Shown here: positions 35,461-44,051 of the stretch, piece after piece
How positions within the stretch are numbered: position 1 is the first letter of the stretch
Layout of the letters: each line of letters begins with the position of its first letter
Assembly (NCBI GenBank): GCA_036379695.1
Contig: DASVGE010000019.1
Coordinates: 976-64,975 of the forward strand
Direction of reading: 5' to 3'
Source of the DNA: Pyrinomonadaceae bacterium
Lineage (GTDB): Bacteria; Acidobacteriota; Blastocatellia; Pyrinomonadales; Pyrinomonadaceae
DNA: 64,000 bases
Made by a program: the position numbers and the translations under genes
The notes under the pieces: model-generated
The model's input: the letters and a program-made list of their open reading frames with translations, nothing else
Told to the model about the DNA's origin: nothing
The model's database searches: none

Positions 35461-36090
35461 ATGGAGTTACGAAATCTGTTCCCTCGTGTTGTGTTAGCCG
35501 GTTTGGCACTCTCAGTTTTTACCAGTTCAGCATTCGCCCAAACTCGTCCACGAGTAACAGTCCCCAACGGTGACGCGAATGAAACTTCGTGTTCACCGGA
35601 CGACTTTGCGCTCACGGCAGCTGCCCTCGAATCAAAGCCGGTCTGGGAGGCCAAGCCAAAACCGACGATCGACCTTGCGCCATCGATTGGTTCGCCGAGC
35701 TCCGGATTCATAAAGTTTGAGCCACTACTGATGGCTGCGATCGATGAGCGCCTCGGATCGCGCTATCGCTGGGGCGCCACTGGACCAACCCGGTTCGACT
35801 GTTCCGGATTTGTGTGGAGCATCTTCCAGGCGACCGGGATCAACTTCGAACGCGCGAGCGCGCGCAACCTGTTTGCTCGCTTCGAACCCGCTCCGCTTGA
35901 AGAGCAGTTCAAGTTTGGAACACTCGTGTTCTTCAGTAATTTGACGCACGTCGGCGTCGTTGCCGACGAGCATGGCTTCTACCATGCGTCACGTCGTCAG
36001 GGCGTTATCTATTCAGAGTTTAATGAGTATTGGTTGAAGCGCATCGACGGCTTCCGCCGCGTGCCGGTTCCGATGCCGGTCACCGACTAA
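35461..36090 (+). CDS. NlpC/P60 (C40) family peptidase
   Basis: Signal peptide starting from ATG 35461 (MELRNLFPRVVLAGLALSVFTSSAFA). Catalytic Cys in RFDCSGFVW and His in LTHVGVV. Confidence 0.85.
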   Translation: MELRNLFPRVVLAGLALSVFTSSAFAQTRPRVTVPNGDANETSCSPDDFALTAAALESKPVWEAKPKPTIDLAPSIGSPSSGFIKFEPLLMAAIDERLGSRYRWGATGPTRFDCSGFVWSIFQATGINFERASARNLFARFEPAPLEEQFKFGTLVFFSNLTHVGVVADEHGFYHASRRQGVIYSEFNEYWLKRIDGFRRVPVPMPVTD

Positions 36091-36093
36091 CTC

Positions 36094-36170
36094 AGCCACA
36101 GATAAACACGGATTTCATACACGGATTTTTTATCTAAATCTGTGTCTGAAATCCGTGTTTATCTGTGGCT
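36094..36170. repeat. Intergenic palindromic element, type B (three-unit arms)
   Basis: AGCCACAGATAAACACGGATTTCATACACGGATT ... AATCTGTGTCTGAAATCCGTGTTTATCTGTGGCT. The right end overlaps the TAG stop of the minus-strand gene at 36169. Confidence 0.95.
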
Positions 36171-36573
36171 ATTTCCCGTTCCTAAACGTGATCTTCACGA
36201 TGGGAAGCGTGTTCGGATCGTCCTGCTGCTCGCGTTCGAATTTCATCAGATCGTAGTACGCGCAGCGTTTGGTGATGGGAAACTCTCGGCACACTGCCGG
36301 GCGCGCGTGATAGATCGAGCAGCCGCGCGTCTCGGGGTTGATAAACTTGCATGCAACGCCGAACAACTCATCACGCTTGCGACGCAACACTCTTTCCTTC
36401 GCGTAGATCTTTGTGAAACGCGCTGTCGCCACTTCTTCAGTGACGCCGAAGTGCTTTGCTAAACGGCGAATGTCGCGCGGCGTTACCTGAACGCGGTCGT
36501 ACACCGAGCAACAGAATGCGGGACAGTCCGTGCAATCGTAATAACTTTTCGGCTTACCGTTTCTATCACCCAT
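36169..36573 (-). CDS. YkgJ-family cysteine-cluster protein
   Basis: 134 aa. Contains the CxxCxxCC motif (CTDCPAFCC) plus additional conserved Cys residues. Confidence 0.8.
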   Translation of the reverse strand: MGDRNGKPKSYYDCTDCPAFCCSVYDRVQVTPRDIRRLAKHFGVTEEVATARFTKIYAKERVLRRKRDELFGVACKFINPETRGCSIYHARPAVCREFPITKRCAYYDLMKFEREQQDDPNTLPIVKITFRNGK

Positions 36574-36596
36574 GATCGGTCGTGGTCTCCATCGGG

Positions 36597-37727
36597 TTAG
36601 CGTCGTTTTGATTTTCTGTACTCGGCGCGCAACAGACCCATGAACTGCTCGCGCTTCTCATACAGTCGTTTCGGCTCGCGGGGTTCGTGACGCGTAAGAG
36701 CATAAGCCGTAATGAGCGGAAGCGCTACCGTAGAGTCGACATAACACACAACCGCGTCAGGTAATCGATCGGGATCCACCTTGCCCCACGACACTGCTTC
36801 ACCCGGAGTCGCACCCGATAATCCGCCTGTGTCGGGTCGTGCATCGGTCACCTGAAGGAAGAAATCATGTCCGCGTTCGTCGATACCAAGCACTTCCTGG
36901 ATCTGTGGTTCAGTTTGCAGCAGGAAGTTTTTCGGCGAACCACCACCGAGAATAAAAACTCCCGAGCGCCCTTTGATTTTCTTTCCATTGCCTGACTTCA
37001 CTTCACTACGTTTTGCAGCGAGCACGATCGACGCCGTCTCATTCACGTCGAGTGACGGATCGAAAGCGAGCTGGTTGCCTTGCAGTGCTTTCGCTGCCAC
37101 GTTCATGCCGATCGAAGAGTCGCCCGGCGAGGAAGTATAAATGGGAACGGCGTATTCATAAGCAACGGCCAGTAGCGACTTCTCGCTGATGCCGAGTTTC
37201 TGTTCGCGTTCGTAAACGTAACGGCCGCAGAGGTAGTGAAACTCGGCGGTGGACATCGAACGCTGAAACTCCGGCCCTTCAATAATCTTGCGAAAGAAGG
37301 CGTCGGTGTCGAGCAGCACTGAGTAATCGAAGAAGATGTCGTAGATGCGAACCACTTCTTCTTCGCGCAGGACCACGTCGGATGTCTGCGCGTTTCCCAT
37401 GTGCATGGCGAGCCCGATGCCGAAGTGCGTGTCGTGATAGAGATTGGCGCCGGTCGAGATGATCCAGTCGATAAAGCCGGCTTTGATCAAGGGAATGAGT
37501 GCGGAAATTCCGAGGCCCGCCGGTGTCAGTGCTCCGGTGAGCGAGAGACCGATCGTCACCTCGGGCTCCAGCATCTTCTTGGTAAAGAGATGACACGCTT
37601 CGCGCAGGCGCGCGGCGTTGTAAGCCATAAAAGCTTCGTCGATTAGATCCGCAACCGCGACATTCTTCTCGATTGGCGCCGGATCGATGCGTTTACCCCG
37701 CAGGAATTTGCTTTTGTGTTTACCCAT
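36597..37727 (-). CDS. Deoxyhypusine synthase family protein (homospermidine synthase-like)
   Basis: 376 aa. The sequence looks DHS-like throughout (…GANLYHD…, …[10 protein letters not shown]…, …EAVSWGK…). Confidence 0.88.
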   Translation of the reverse strand: MGKHKSKFLRGKRIDPAPIEKNVAVADLIDEAFMAYNAARLREACHLFTKKMLEPEVTIGLSLTGALTPAGLGISALIPLIKAGFIDWIISTGANLYHDTHFGIGLAMHMGNAQTSDVVLREEEVVRIYDIFFDYSVLLDTDAFFRKIIEGPEFQRSMSTAEFHYLCGRYVYEREQKLGISEKSLLAVAYEYAVPIYTSSPGDSSIGMNVAAKALQGNQLAFDPSLDVNETASIVLAAKRSEVKSGNGKKIKGRSGVFILGGGSPKNFLLQTEPQIQEVLGIDERGHDFFLQVTDARPDTGGLSGATPGEAVSWGKVDPDRLPDAVVCYVDSTVALPLITAYALTRHEPREPKRLYEKREQFMGLLRAEYRKSKRR

Positions 37728-37738
37728 AAGATTATTCT

Positions 37739-37792
37739 TTATCCACAGATTACGCAGATTTCATAAAACAAATCTGTGTAATCTGTGGATAA
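37739..37792. repeat. Intergenic palindromic element, type A, with perfect TTATCCACA heads
   Basis: ATCCACAGATTACGCAGATT (37741-37760), 10-nt loop, AATCTGTGTAATCTGTGGAT (37771-37790). The flanks make TTATCCACA (37739-37747) and TGTGGATAA (37784-37792). Confidence 0.95.
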
Positions 37793-37793
37793 A

Positions 37794-39095
37794 CTACCCG
37801 TGGCTTGCTTCCGTCGCGTTCTCTTCCTGCGCTTTTCTGACGAGTAGTCGCAGAATGCGTCGTTCATCAGCTTCCAGCACTTCCACCTCAAGACCTCGTA
37901 TCGTCAAAACTTCGCCGACCGCCGGAACTGTTCCCGATTCATTGATCACCAGTCCGGCTATCGTGGTGAAATCGTCGGCTTCGATCTCCATGTCGAAGAG
38001 GCGTTCGATTTTACCGATCTCAGTCGAGGCCATGACTTCGTAGCTGCCGTCTTTGCGTTCGACTATTTCTTCCAGCTCTTCGCCGGCGATGTCTTCGTCT
38101 TCAATTTCGCCGACGATCTCTTCGAGAATGTCTTCGACAGTGACGAGGCCGCAAACGCCGCCATACTCATCGATCACCATCGCGAGTTGCACGTGAGCCT
38201 TCTGCATCTCTTCGAGCAACTCGGCAACTGGTTTCGTCTCGGGTACGAAGTAAACAGAACGTATCAACGGCTTGATGTTTTCGTCTTCGCGTCCTTCAGC
38301 CCAACTCAGCAACAGGTCACGCACGTAAATCAGGCCCTCGACGTTGTCGATCTGATCGCGATAGACCGGCAGGCGCGAGTATTTCGATTCCAGTATCACG
38401 TCGCGCGCTTCGCGTACGGTTGCGGTCACCGGGACGGCGACGATGTCAGGCCGCGGCGTCATCACTTCACTCACGCGCGTGTCGCCAAAGTCGATGATCG
38501 AATGGATCAGCTCGCCTTCTTCTTCTTCGAGTATGCCTTCGGCTTCGCCGAGGTCGATCAGTGCCTGTAGGTCGCTGCTGTCGTCGTTTTCTTCTTCCTC
38601 TTCGCCGTCTTCGGCAACCTGGTCCTTGCGGCGCGAACGATCGAAGAGTCGCTGAAAGGGATCGGCAATGAAAGCCATGATTGGGAAGAACGGACGGACG
38701 ACGGGCAGCAGGAAGAGCAGCGTGGCTTCCGGATTGCGAGTTGAAATGAAGAGTGGGATCAGTTGTCGAAATATACCGGCGAGGATCAGTCCGGCAAGCA
38801 AACCTACAAGTACGAGGCGCGGCTCGGGGAAAATCGTGAGTGAGAGCGACGTGATGAGGACGGCGACCACGACGAGCAGGATTTGAATCATCGCCGACAG
38901 TGCGAAGCTAAAGCGCGGGCGATTCTCCAGTGCTTGCTGTAGGAAGACTCTCGATCGTGGCTCAGGCTTGTCTCCATTCTCGCCAATCAGACGGCGCAGT
39001 CGCACATCGCTTAACTGGGCGAAGGCCATATCGACCGTGGCCAGCAAGGAGAGCACTATCAGCAGAAGGAGCGCAAGCCCTATTTCAAGTTGCAT
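37794..39095 (-). CDS. CNNM/CorC-HlyC family transporter-associated protein (DUF21-CBS-CorC_HlyC)
   Basis: N-terminal 4-TM DUF21, a CBS pair and a C-terminal CorC_HlyC domain (…TIAGLVINESG…). I prefer the ATG at 39095. The longer frame to 39140 runs into a repeat. Confidence 0.88.
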   Translation of the reverse strand: MQLEIGLALLLLIVLSLLATVDMAFAQLSDVRLRRLIGENGDKPEPRSRVFLQQALENRPRFSFALSAMIQILLVVVAVLITSLSLTIFPEPRLVLVGLLAGLILAGIFRQLIPLFISTRNPEATLLFLLPVVRPFFPIMAFIADPFQRLFDRSRRKDQVAEDGEEEEENDDSSDLQALIDLGEAEGILEEEEGELIHSIIDFGDTRVSEVMTPRPDIVAVPVTATVREARDVILESKYSRLPVYRDQIDNVEGLIYVRDLLLSWAEGREDENIKPLIRSVYFVPETKPVAELLEEMQKAHVQLAMVIDEYGGVCGLVTVEDILEEIVGEIEDEDIAGEELEEIVERKDGSYEVMASTEIGKIERLFDMEIEADDFTTIAGLVINESGTVPAVGEVLTIRGLEVEVLEADERRILRLLVRKAQEENATEASHG

Positions 39096-39138
39096 CGATG
39101 GGGAGAATAGTAAATGGTTTAGCGTGAATCGTAAATGC

Positions 39139-39189
39139 AATCCACAGCTTACACAGGTTGCAATTTAATAATCTGTGTCATCTGTGGAC
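39139..39189. repeat. Intergenic palindromic element, type A, diverged
   Basis: AATCCACAGCTTACACAGGTT ... AATCTGTGTCATCTGTGGA. Confidence 0.8.
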
Positions 39190-39195
39190 TAAAAG

Positions 39196-39609
39196 CTAAA
39201 TTCCCAGGTTCCTCCTTAACCGCAATTCCAACCGGTTCATCTCGCCGTTGTCCGTTTCGTGATCGTAGCCGGAGAGATGTAGTAGTCCGTGAAGTATTAG
39301 CTGTGCAATCTCGTCGTCAAAAGACAAGCTGTTTTCCTTTGCCTGCGTTGCTGCTGTTTCCGTCGAAATCGCAATGTCGCCGAGGTTCGATTCGTCTGGT
39401 CCACCTGCGGGAAACGACAGGACGTCAGTTGCCTTGTCGATACCGCGAAACTGCCGGTTCAGTTCTCGAATCCTTTTGTCTGAAACAAAAGCGATTGTTG
39501 CTGACGACTCGCCGTTCCCGATCGCCGCCAATGCCTTGTGTGCAAAGGTGGTCCAAACTTCGGTATCCATCTTGAAGTGACGCTGGCGATTGACGACCTC
39601 GATCATCAC
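39196..39609 (-). CDS. ybeY: rRNA maturation endoribonuclease YbeY
   Basis: 137 aa with the zinc motif HGLLHLSGYDH. Confidence 0.95.
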   Translation of the reverse strand: MMIEVVNRQRHFKMDTEVWTTFAHKALAAIGNGESSATIAFVSDKRIRELNRQFRGIDKATDVLSFPAGGPDESNLGDIAISTETAATQAKENSLSFDDEIAQLILHGLLHLSGYDHETDNGEMNRLELRLRRNLGI

Positions 39610-40562
39610 TAAATGTGGCTCTTTTTGGTCTGTTCCTCGTACGCGCGAATGATCATCTGCACCAGCTTGTGTCGCACGACGTCTTTATCGGTGAAGTAGA
39701 CAAATTCGATACCTTCGAGTTTTGAAAGTATCCGTTCCGCTTCAATCAGACCGCTGCGCTTTCCGGTGGGAAGGTCCACCTGTGTCACGTCGCCTGTGAT
39801 CACCGCCTTTGAGCCGAAGCCGATGCGCGTGAGAAACATCTTCATCTGTTCGCTGGTCGTGTTTTGTGCTTCGTCGAGGATGATGAACGCGTCTGCCAGC
39901 GTTCGCCCGCGCATGAAAGCCAGCGGCGCGACTTCGATCACGCGCTTCTCGAGCAGCCGCGTGACGCGCTCGTAGTCGATGAGATCGAACAGCGCGTCGT
40001 AGAGTGGCCGGAGATACGGATCGACTTTGTCCTGTAGATCGCCGGGCAGGAAGCCGAGCTTCTCTCCGGCTTCGACAGCCGGACGTGCCAGCACGATGCG
40101 GTTTACCTGTTTCTGCATCAACGCCTGGACCGCCATCGCGACTGCCAGGTAAGTCTTGCCAGTACCGGCGACACCGATGCCGAACACGACGTCGTTGTCT
40201 TGTATCGCCTGGATGTACTTGCGCTGGTTGACTGACTTCGGCGCTACCTGCTTCTTGCCGGCCGGGTTGAAGCGGGTCTTGGTGAAGTAGTCGCGCAGGC
40301 TAAAGGCGCGGTCTTCGGCGATTTGTGCAAACGCTTCGCGCAGTTCTTTGTCGGTGAAGTGTTTTCCTTCCTTGAAGAGGTCGGAAAAGTCTTCGAGGAT
40401 GCGTTGGACCGTTTCGACGTCGGCGGGGTCGCCGTCAATCGAGACGTCCTGACCGCGGGCGTCAATGCGAACGTCGAGCAGAGACTCGAGATATTTGATG
40501 TTCTGATCGTGAACACCAAACAGCGTCTCCAGACCACGAGGCGGAAGCTCAATCTTCTTCAA
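39609..40562 (-). CDS. phoH: PhoH-family ATPase
   Basis: 317 aa with Walker A GVAGTGKT. It sits in the conserved phoH-ybeY-corC order. Confidence 0.95.
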   Translation of the reverse strand: MKKIELPPRGLETLFGVHDQNIKYLESLLDVRIDARGQDVSIDGDPADVETVQRILEDFSDLFKEGKHFTDKELREAFAQIAEDRAFSLRDYFTKTRFNPAGKKQVAPKSVNQRKYIQAIQDNDVVFGIGVAGTGKTYLAVAMAVQALMQKQVNRIVLARPAVEAGEKLGFLPGDLQDKVDPYLRPLYDALFDLIDYERVTRLLEKRVIEVAPLAFMRGRTLADAFIILDEAQNTTSEQMKMFLTRIGFGSKAVITGDVTQVDLPTGKRSGLIEAERILSKLEGIEFVYFTDKDVVRHKLVQMIIRAYEEQTKKSHI

Positions 40563-40807
40563 ACTCTGTTAACTCTCTCCTTCGCGCAGCAGAACCAATC
40601 GGGGCATGGGTGCAGGGGTGCGGTGAGCAGCAAATTGGTATGCATAGATTCCGAAATTGACGCTACTACAGCCTCACGCGAGTGTCAATCCGCAGGTTCA
40701 GAGTTTCAACTTAATACCGCTCAATGATAGTCTTTACGCAGTATCAAGTACTTCTCCGATGCCCAGGCCGTTTCTGGCTCAAAAGAATAATTCGAAGGAG
40801 TAACTCA

Positions 40808-41365
40808 GTGCCTGATTTTCTTTCGAACATAAACCCGTTGATAGTTTTTCTTGGCATTGCCGCCCTTGGCTTTGCCTTCCTTCTGATTTCCCTGGTGGTG
40901 GGAGACATTTTCGATAGCTTCGGATTTGAAACCGGGTTGGATGGTGGAGCAGACGGCCATGGCCTTCTGGACAGCCGGGTGCTCAGTGTTTTTGTGACCG
41001 CGTTCGGAGGCTTCGGCGCAATCGGAATCCAGATGGGACTTTCGGTTGTTGCGAGCTCGCTGCTCGGCTTGGGCGGAGGCGTTATCCTGGGCGGCGTCGT
41101 TTCGCTGTTTGGACGTCTTCTTTATAAACAGCAGGCTACAAGTTCTGTAACCACATCACAGCTGATCGGCCGACCCGCTCAGGTGGTCGTTTCCATCGCG
41201 CCCGGGAGCCTCGGCCAGGTTAGTTGCCGCGTTGGAGAAGAGCGGGTCGAAAAGTTGGCTCGTGCTCGCGACGGCCGCGAGATAAAGGCTGGCGCGACCG
41301 TTCGCGTTGAAGAGGTTGCGGGCGATTCACTCATCGTCAGTACATACGATTCCCCAAAATTTTGA
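40808..41365 (+). CDS. NfeD-family membrane protein
   Basis: GTG at 40808 with AGGAG 7 nt upstream. TM helices are followed by a C-terminal OB-like NfeD domain (GRPAQVVVSI…VRVEEVAGDSLIV). It lies directly upstream of flotillin. Confidence 0.75.
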   Translation: MPDFLSNINPLIVFLGIAALGFAFLLISLVVGDIFDSFGFETGLDGGADGHGLLDSRVLSVFVTAFGGFGAIGIQMGLSVVASSLLGLGGGVILGGVVSLFGRLLYKQQATSSVTTSQLIGRPAQVVVSIAPGSLGQVSCRVGEERVEKLARARDGREIKAGATVRVEEVAGDSLIVSTYDSPKF

Positions 41366-41375
41366 GGTAACAACA

Positions 41376-42992
41376 ATGCTCGATTTTCAGAACCTACTCT
41401 TCCCCGTCTCGATTTTAGTCGTAGTTATCGGCTTCCTCATCGCGTTGATGTTGCTCAGCCGCAACTACGTCAAAGTTTCACCGAATACGGCTGCCGTAAT
41501 CTCCGGACGCTCAAGAAAACTGAGTGACGGTACAGTCGTCGGTTATCGCCTCGTAAGAGGTGGCGCCACGTTAATCGTGCCCTTTCTCGAGAAGGTTGAA
41601 TATCTCAACTTGAATGTCCTCACCGTGCCGCTCGCAACTTCGCGGGCTTACACCGTGCAAGGTGTTCCGGTTTCGGTAAAGGCTGTCGCCAACGTGAAGA
41701 TCAAAGGCGACGACGACTCGCTGCGTGCTGCAGCCGAGCGCTTCCTCGGCATGAGAACGGAAGAGTTTCACAAGCTCGTGTTTCAAACTCTCGAAGGTCA
41801 CTTGCGCGCGATCCTGGGAACGCTCACAGTCGAAGAAATCAACAACGACCGGCAGAGCTTTGCGCAGAAGTTAACGACCGAGGCCGCCGGCGACCTGGAA
41901 AAGATGGGTATTGGACTCGACGCGTTGACGATCCAGGAAATCTCTGACGACGAAGGTTACCTTGATGCGCTCGGTCAGCGACGAACTGCGGAGGTTCAGC
42001 GCGATGCTGAGATCGGCAAGGCTGAAGCGTTGCGCGATTCCAAGATTAAAGCCGCGCTGGCAATGCAGGAGGGCGAGCGAGTTCGTCTTGCGTCAGAGGC
42101 TGACATCGCGTCTTCAACCAGAGAGACCGAGGTTAAGCGCGCTCAATTCCAGGCTGAGATCAAACGCGAACAAGCTACCGCGGAGCAGGCTGGTCCACTG
42201 TCTGAGGCGAAAGCGCGGCAGGAGGTCGTGGCAGAGGAAGTTCGCATTGAGAAGATCCGCACTCAGGAGCAGATCGCCGTCCAGGAGCAGGAGGTATTAC
42301 GAAAAGAGAAAGAGCTGGAAGCGACGGTTGTTAAGAAGGCGGAAGCTGAACGTAGAGCGCGTGTGCTACTGGCCCAGGGTCAACAAGAGGCGGCGGTGCT
42401 CGAGGCGGAAGGACGGAAGCAGGCACTGATTGCGACGGCGGAAGCCGAAAGCCAGAAGTTACAGCGAGAGGGTGCGGGCCGCGCGTCGGCGATCGAGGCA
42501 GAGGGCCGTGCTGAGGCCGAAAAGATTCGGGCGCTGGGTTTGGCCGAAGCGGCGAAGATCGAGGCGCAAGGTTTGGCCCATGCGAAGGCGGTCGAGGCGC
42601 AGGGACTCGCCGAAGCTGCGGCTATCAAAGAAAAAGCCGCGGCGTGGCGAGAGTTCAACGACGCCGCACGGCTTCAGACAATACTGGAGAAACTACCGAG
42701 CATTATCGAAGCGACCGCACCGGCCCTCAAGGCCGTTTCCGAGCCTTTGGGCAACATCGAGAAGGTGGTCATGATCGACCATGGTGGCGACGGCAACGGG
42801 GGCGGTTCAGGTGGTCTAAATCGATTCGCACAGACCGGCCCAACGATGATCTACGCGCTCCTGCAACAGTTGCAGGCGCTGGGGCTTAACGTACCGGACA
42901 TACTCAAGCAACTGGGCACCACGAATGGTGAGGAGGCGGTAAAGGTTGTCACTGAGGTCAAAACAAAGGAGAAGGAGCCCTCGGGCAGTTAA
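41376..42992 (+). CDS. Flotillin-like SPFH/band-7 protein
   Basis: N-terminal TM helix, an SPFH domain and a long Ala/Glu-rich coiled coil (EA repeats). The ATG at 41376 lies within the ORF-track frame 41307..42992. Confidence 0.9.
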   Translation: MLDFQNLLFPVSILVVVIGFLIALMLLSRNYVKVSPNTAAVISGRSRKLSDGTVVGYRLVRGGATLIVPFLEKVEYLNLNVLTVPLATSRAYTVQGVPVSVKAVANVKIKGDDDSLRAAAERFLGMRTEEFHKLVFQTLEGHLRAILGTLTVEEINNDRQSFAQKLTTEAAGDLEKMGIGLDALTIQEISDDEGYLDALGQRRTAEVQRDAEIGKAEALRDSKIKAALAMQEGERVRLASEADIASSTRETEVKRAQFQAEIKREQATAEQAGPLSEAKARQEVVAEEVRIEKIRTQEQIAVQEQEVLRKEKELEATVVKKAEAERRARVLLAQGQQEAAVLEAEGRKQALIATAEAESQKLQREGAGRASAIEAEGRAEAEKIRALGLAEAAKIEAQGLAHAKAVEAQGLAEAAAIKEKAAAWREFNDAARLQTILEKLPSIIEATAPALKAVSEPLGNIEKVVMIDHGGDGNGGGSGGLNRFAQTGPTMIYALLQQLQALGLNVPDILKQLGTTNGEEAVKVVTEVKTKEKEPSGS

Positions 42993-42997
42993 TAGTC

Positions 42998-43267
42998 ATG
43001 GACTACAAACCTATAGCCACAATTCTCTTGCGCATCTTTGGGGTCTCTTACTTCCTTTATGGCATTTTCTACGCGCCCTACTTTCTTTTCACCGCAGCAT
43101 TCGACGGTACATTTATAATCTCTACTCTCACTCTTCTGACTTATTTTGCTGCTGGTCTCTGTCTTTTCCTCTTCAGCAGACCTTTGGCAGCTTTGGTTGT
43201 GAAGGGTTTAGACCGCAACAGCGTATCACCTCCACCGCCACCACAATTTGAGACTTCCAGAACTTGA
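42998..43267 (+). CDS. Small membrane protein
   Basis: 89 aa with two or three hydrophobic helices and a Pro-rich tail. It starts 5 nt after the flotillin stop. Confidence 0.55.
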   Translation: MDYKPIATILLRIFGVSYFLYGIFYAPYFLFTAAFDGTFIISTLTLLTYFAAGLCLFLFSRPLAALVVKGLDRNSVSPPPPPQFETSRT

Positions 43268-43292
43268 CACTGGGTGGCGCCATACCTATACT
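43264..43292 (+). promoter_or_regulatory. Sigma-70 consensus-like promoter of rpsT (TTGACA-17-TATACT)
   Basis: TTGACA at 43264-43269, a 17-nt spacer and TATACT at 43287-43292, about 70 nt upstream of the rpsT ATG. Confidence 0.65.
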
Positions 43293-43360
43293 CCGTCACT
43301 TGCGCCTGACGTCCGAAGGGGCCCTCGGCGCGGTTTTCGAAGGTTTTTTGGGAGATTTGA

Positions 43361-43627
43361 ATGCCGAATCATAAATCAGCAGAGAAGCGCGTGCGTCAGA
43401 GTGAGAAGCGGCGCGTGATTAATCGTGGCAATAGAAGCAAGGTCAGAACGTATATCAAGAAGGTGCGCGCGGCGCTCGACTCGGGCAAGAACGACGAGAT
43501 TCAGAGCGTGCTGCCCGAGACGATTTCAGTGATTGACAAGGCTGTGCAAAAGGGCGTCATGCACAAGAATGCGGCCGCGCGTTACAAATCACGGCTGACG
43601 CTAAAGGCGAATCAAGCAGCGAAATAA
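43361..43627 (+). CDS. rpsT: 30S ribosomal protein S20
   Basis: 88 aa. MPNHKSAEKRVRQSEKRR N-terminus, basic and helical. Confidence 0.95.
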   Translation: MPNHKSAEKRVRQSEKRRVINRGNRSKVRTYIKKVRAALDSGKNDEIQSVLPETISVIDKAVQKGVMHKNAAARYKSRLTLKANQAAK

Positions 43628-43650
43628 CGCGCAAGCTAAATCAGAACTTA

Positions 43651-43691
43651 CCGAGGCGGATCGACATTTCGATCCGCCTCGGTTTTTTATT
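43651..43691 (+). terminator. Rho-independent terminator of rpsT
   Basis: 14-bp stem CCGAGGCGGATCGA / TCGATCCGCCTCGG with a 4-nt loop, followed by TTTTTTATT. Confidence 0.9.
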
Positions 43692-43706
43692 GAGAAGGAG
43701 TCAGTG

Positions 43707-44051
43707 ATGAATCGCTATCAATCAGAAGCTGAGATACAGAACGTAGTGCGCGGCTTTGAAGCGTGCGAGACCGGCGCTGATGATTTTAATCATCCGGAGC
43801 ACCTGGTGGTGGCAGTTTGCTATCTGCACGCGATGGACAGGGAAGCAGCGCTCAAGCGGATGCGGGCAGGCTTGCTCCGCTTTCTCGAACATCACGTCGG
43901 CGAGACAGGAAAGTACAGCGAGGCGATCACAGTCTTTTGGATCGACAAGATAGATCAGAAGTTGAACGAGCTTGGACCAGATGTTTCCCTCGTTGAGAAG
44001 TGCAACGCGATATTGGCCACGGATTTCACGGATCAAAAGCGCGGATTATGA
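43707..44051 (+). CDS. Hypothetical protein
   Basis: About 114 aa. AGGAG lies 7 nt upstream of the ATG at 43707; the ORF track starts at the GTG at 43704. No domain recognised. The last ~11 codons are encoded by a repeat half element. Confidence 0.5.
   Translation: MNRYQSEAEIQNVVRGFEACETGADDFNHPEHLVVAVCYLHAMDREAALKRMRAGLLRFLEHHVGETGKYSEAITVFWIDKIDQKLNELGPDVSLVEKCNAILATDFTDQKRGL
44016..44048. repeat. Half element (three direct units) inside two overlapping convergent CDS ends
   Basis: GCCACGGATTTCACGGATCAAAAGCGCGGATTA with no inverted partner. It covers the 3' end of 43707..44051 and the stop of holA. Confidence 0.7.

Noticed and set aside
35202-35711. 169-aa minus-strand ORF in the long gap upstream of, and overlapping, the NlpC/P60 gene
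   Set aside because: It overlaps the well-supported NlpC/P60 N-terminus on the opposite strand, and it has no motifs or signal features.
37739-37792. Chromosomal replication origin, because of the perfect DnaA boxes
   Set aside because: The boxes are the termini of a dispersed repeat, not a cluster with an AT-rich unwinding element. There is no dnaA/dnaN/gidA-type context. The observation is kept only as a binding-site hypothesis in the findings.
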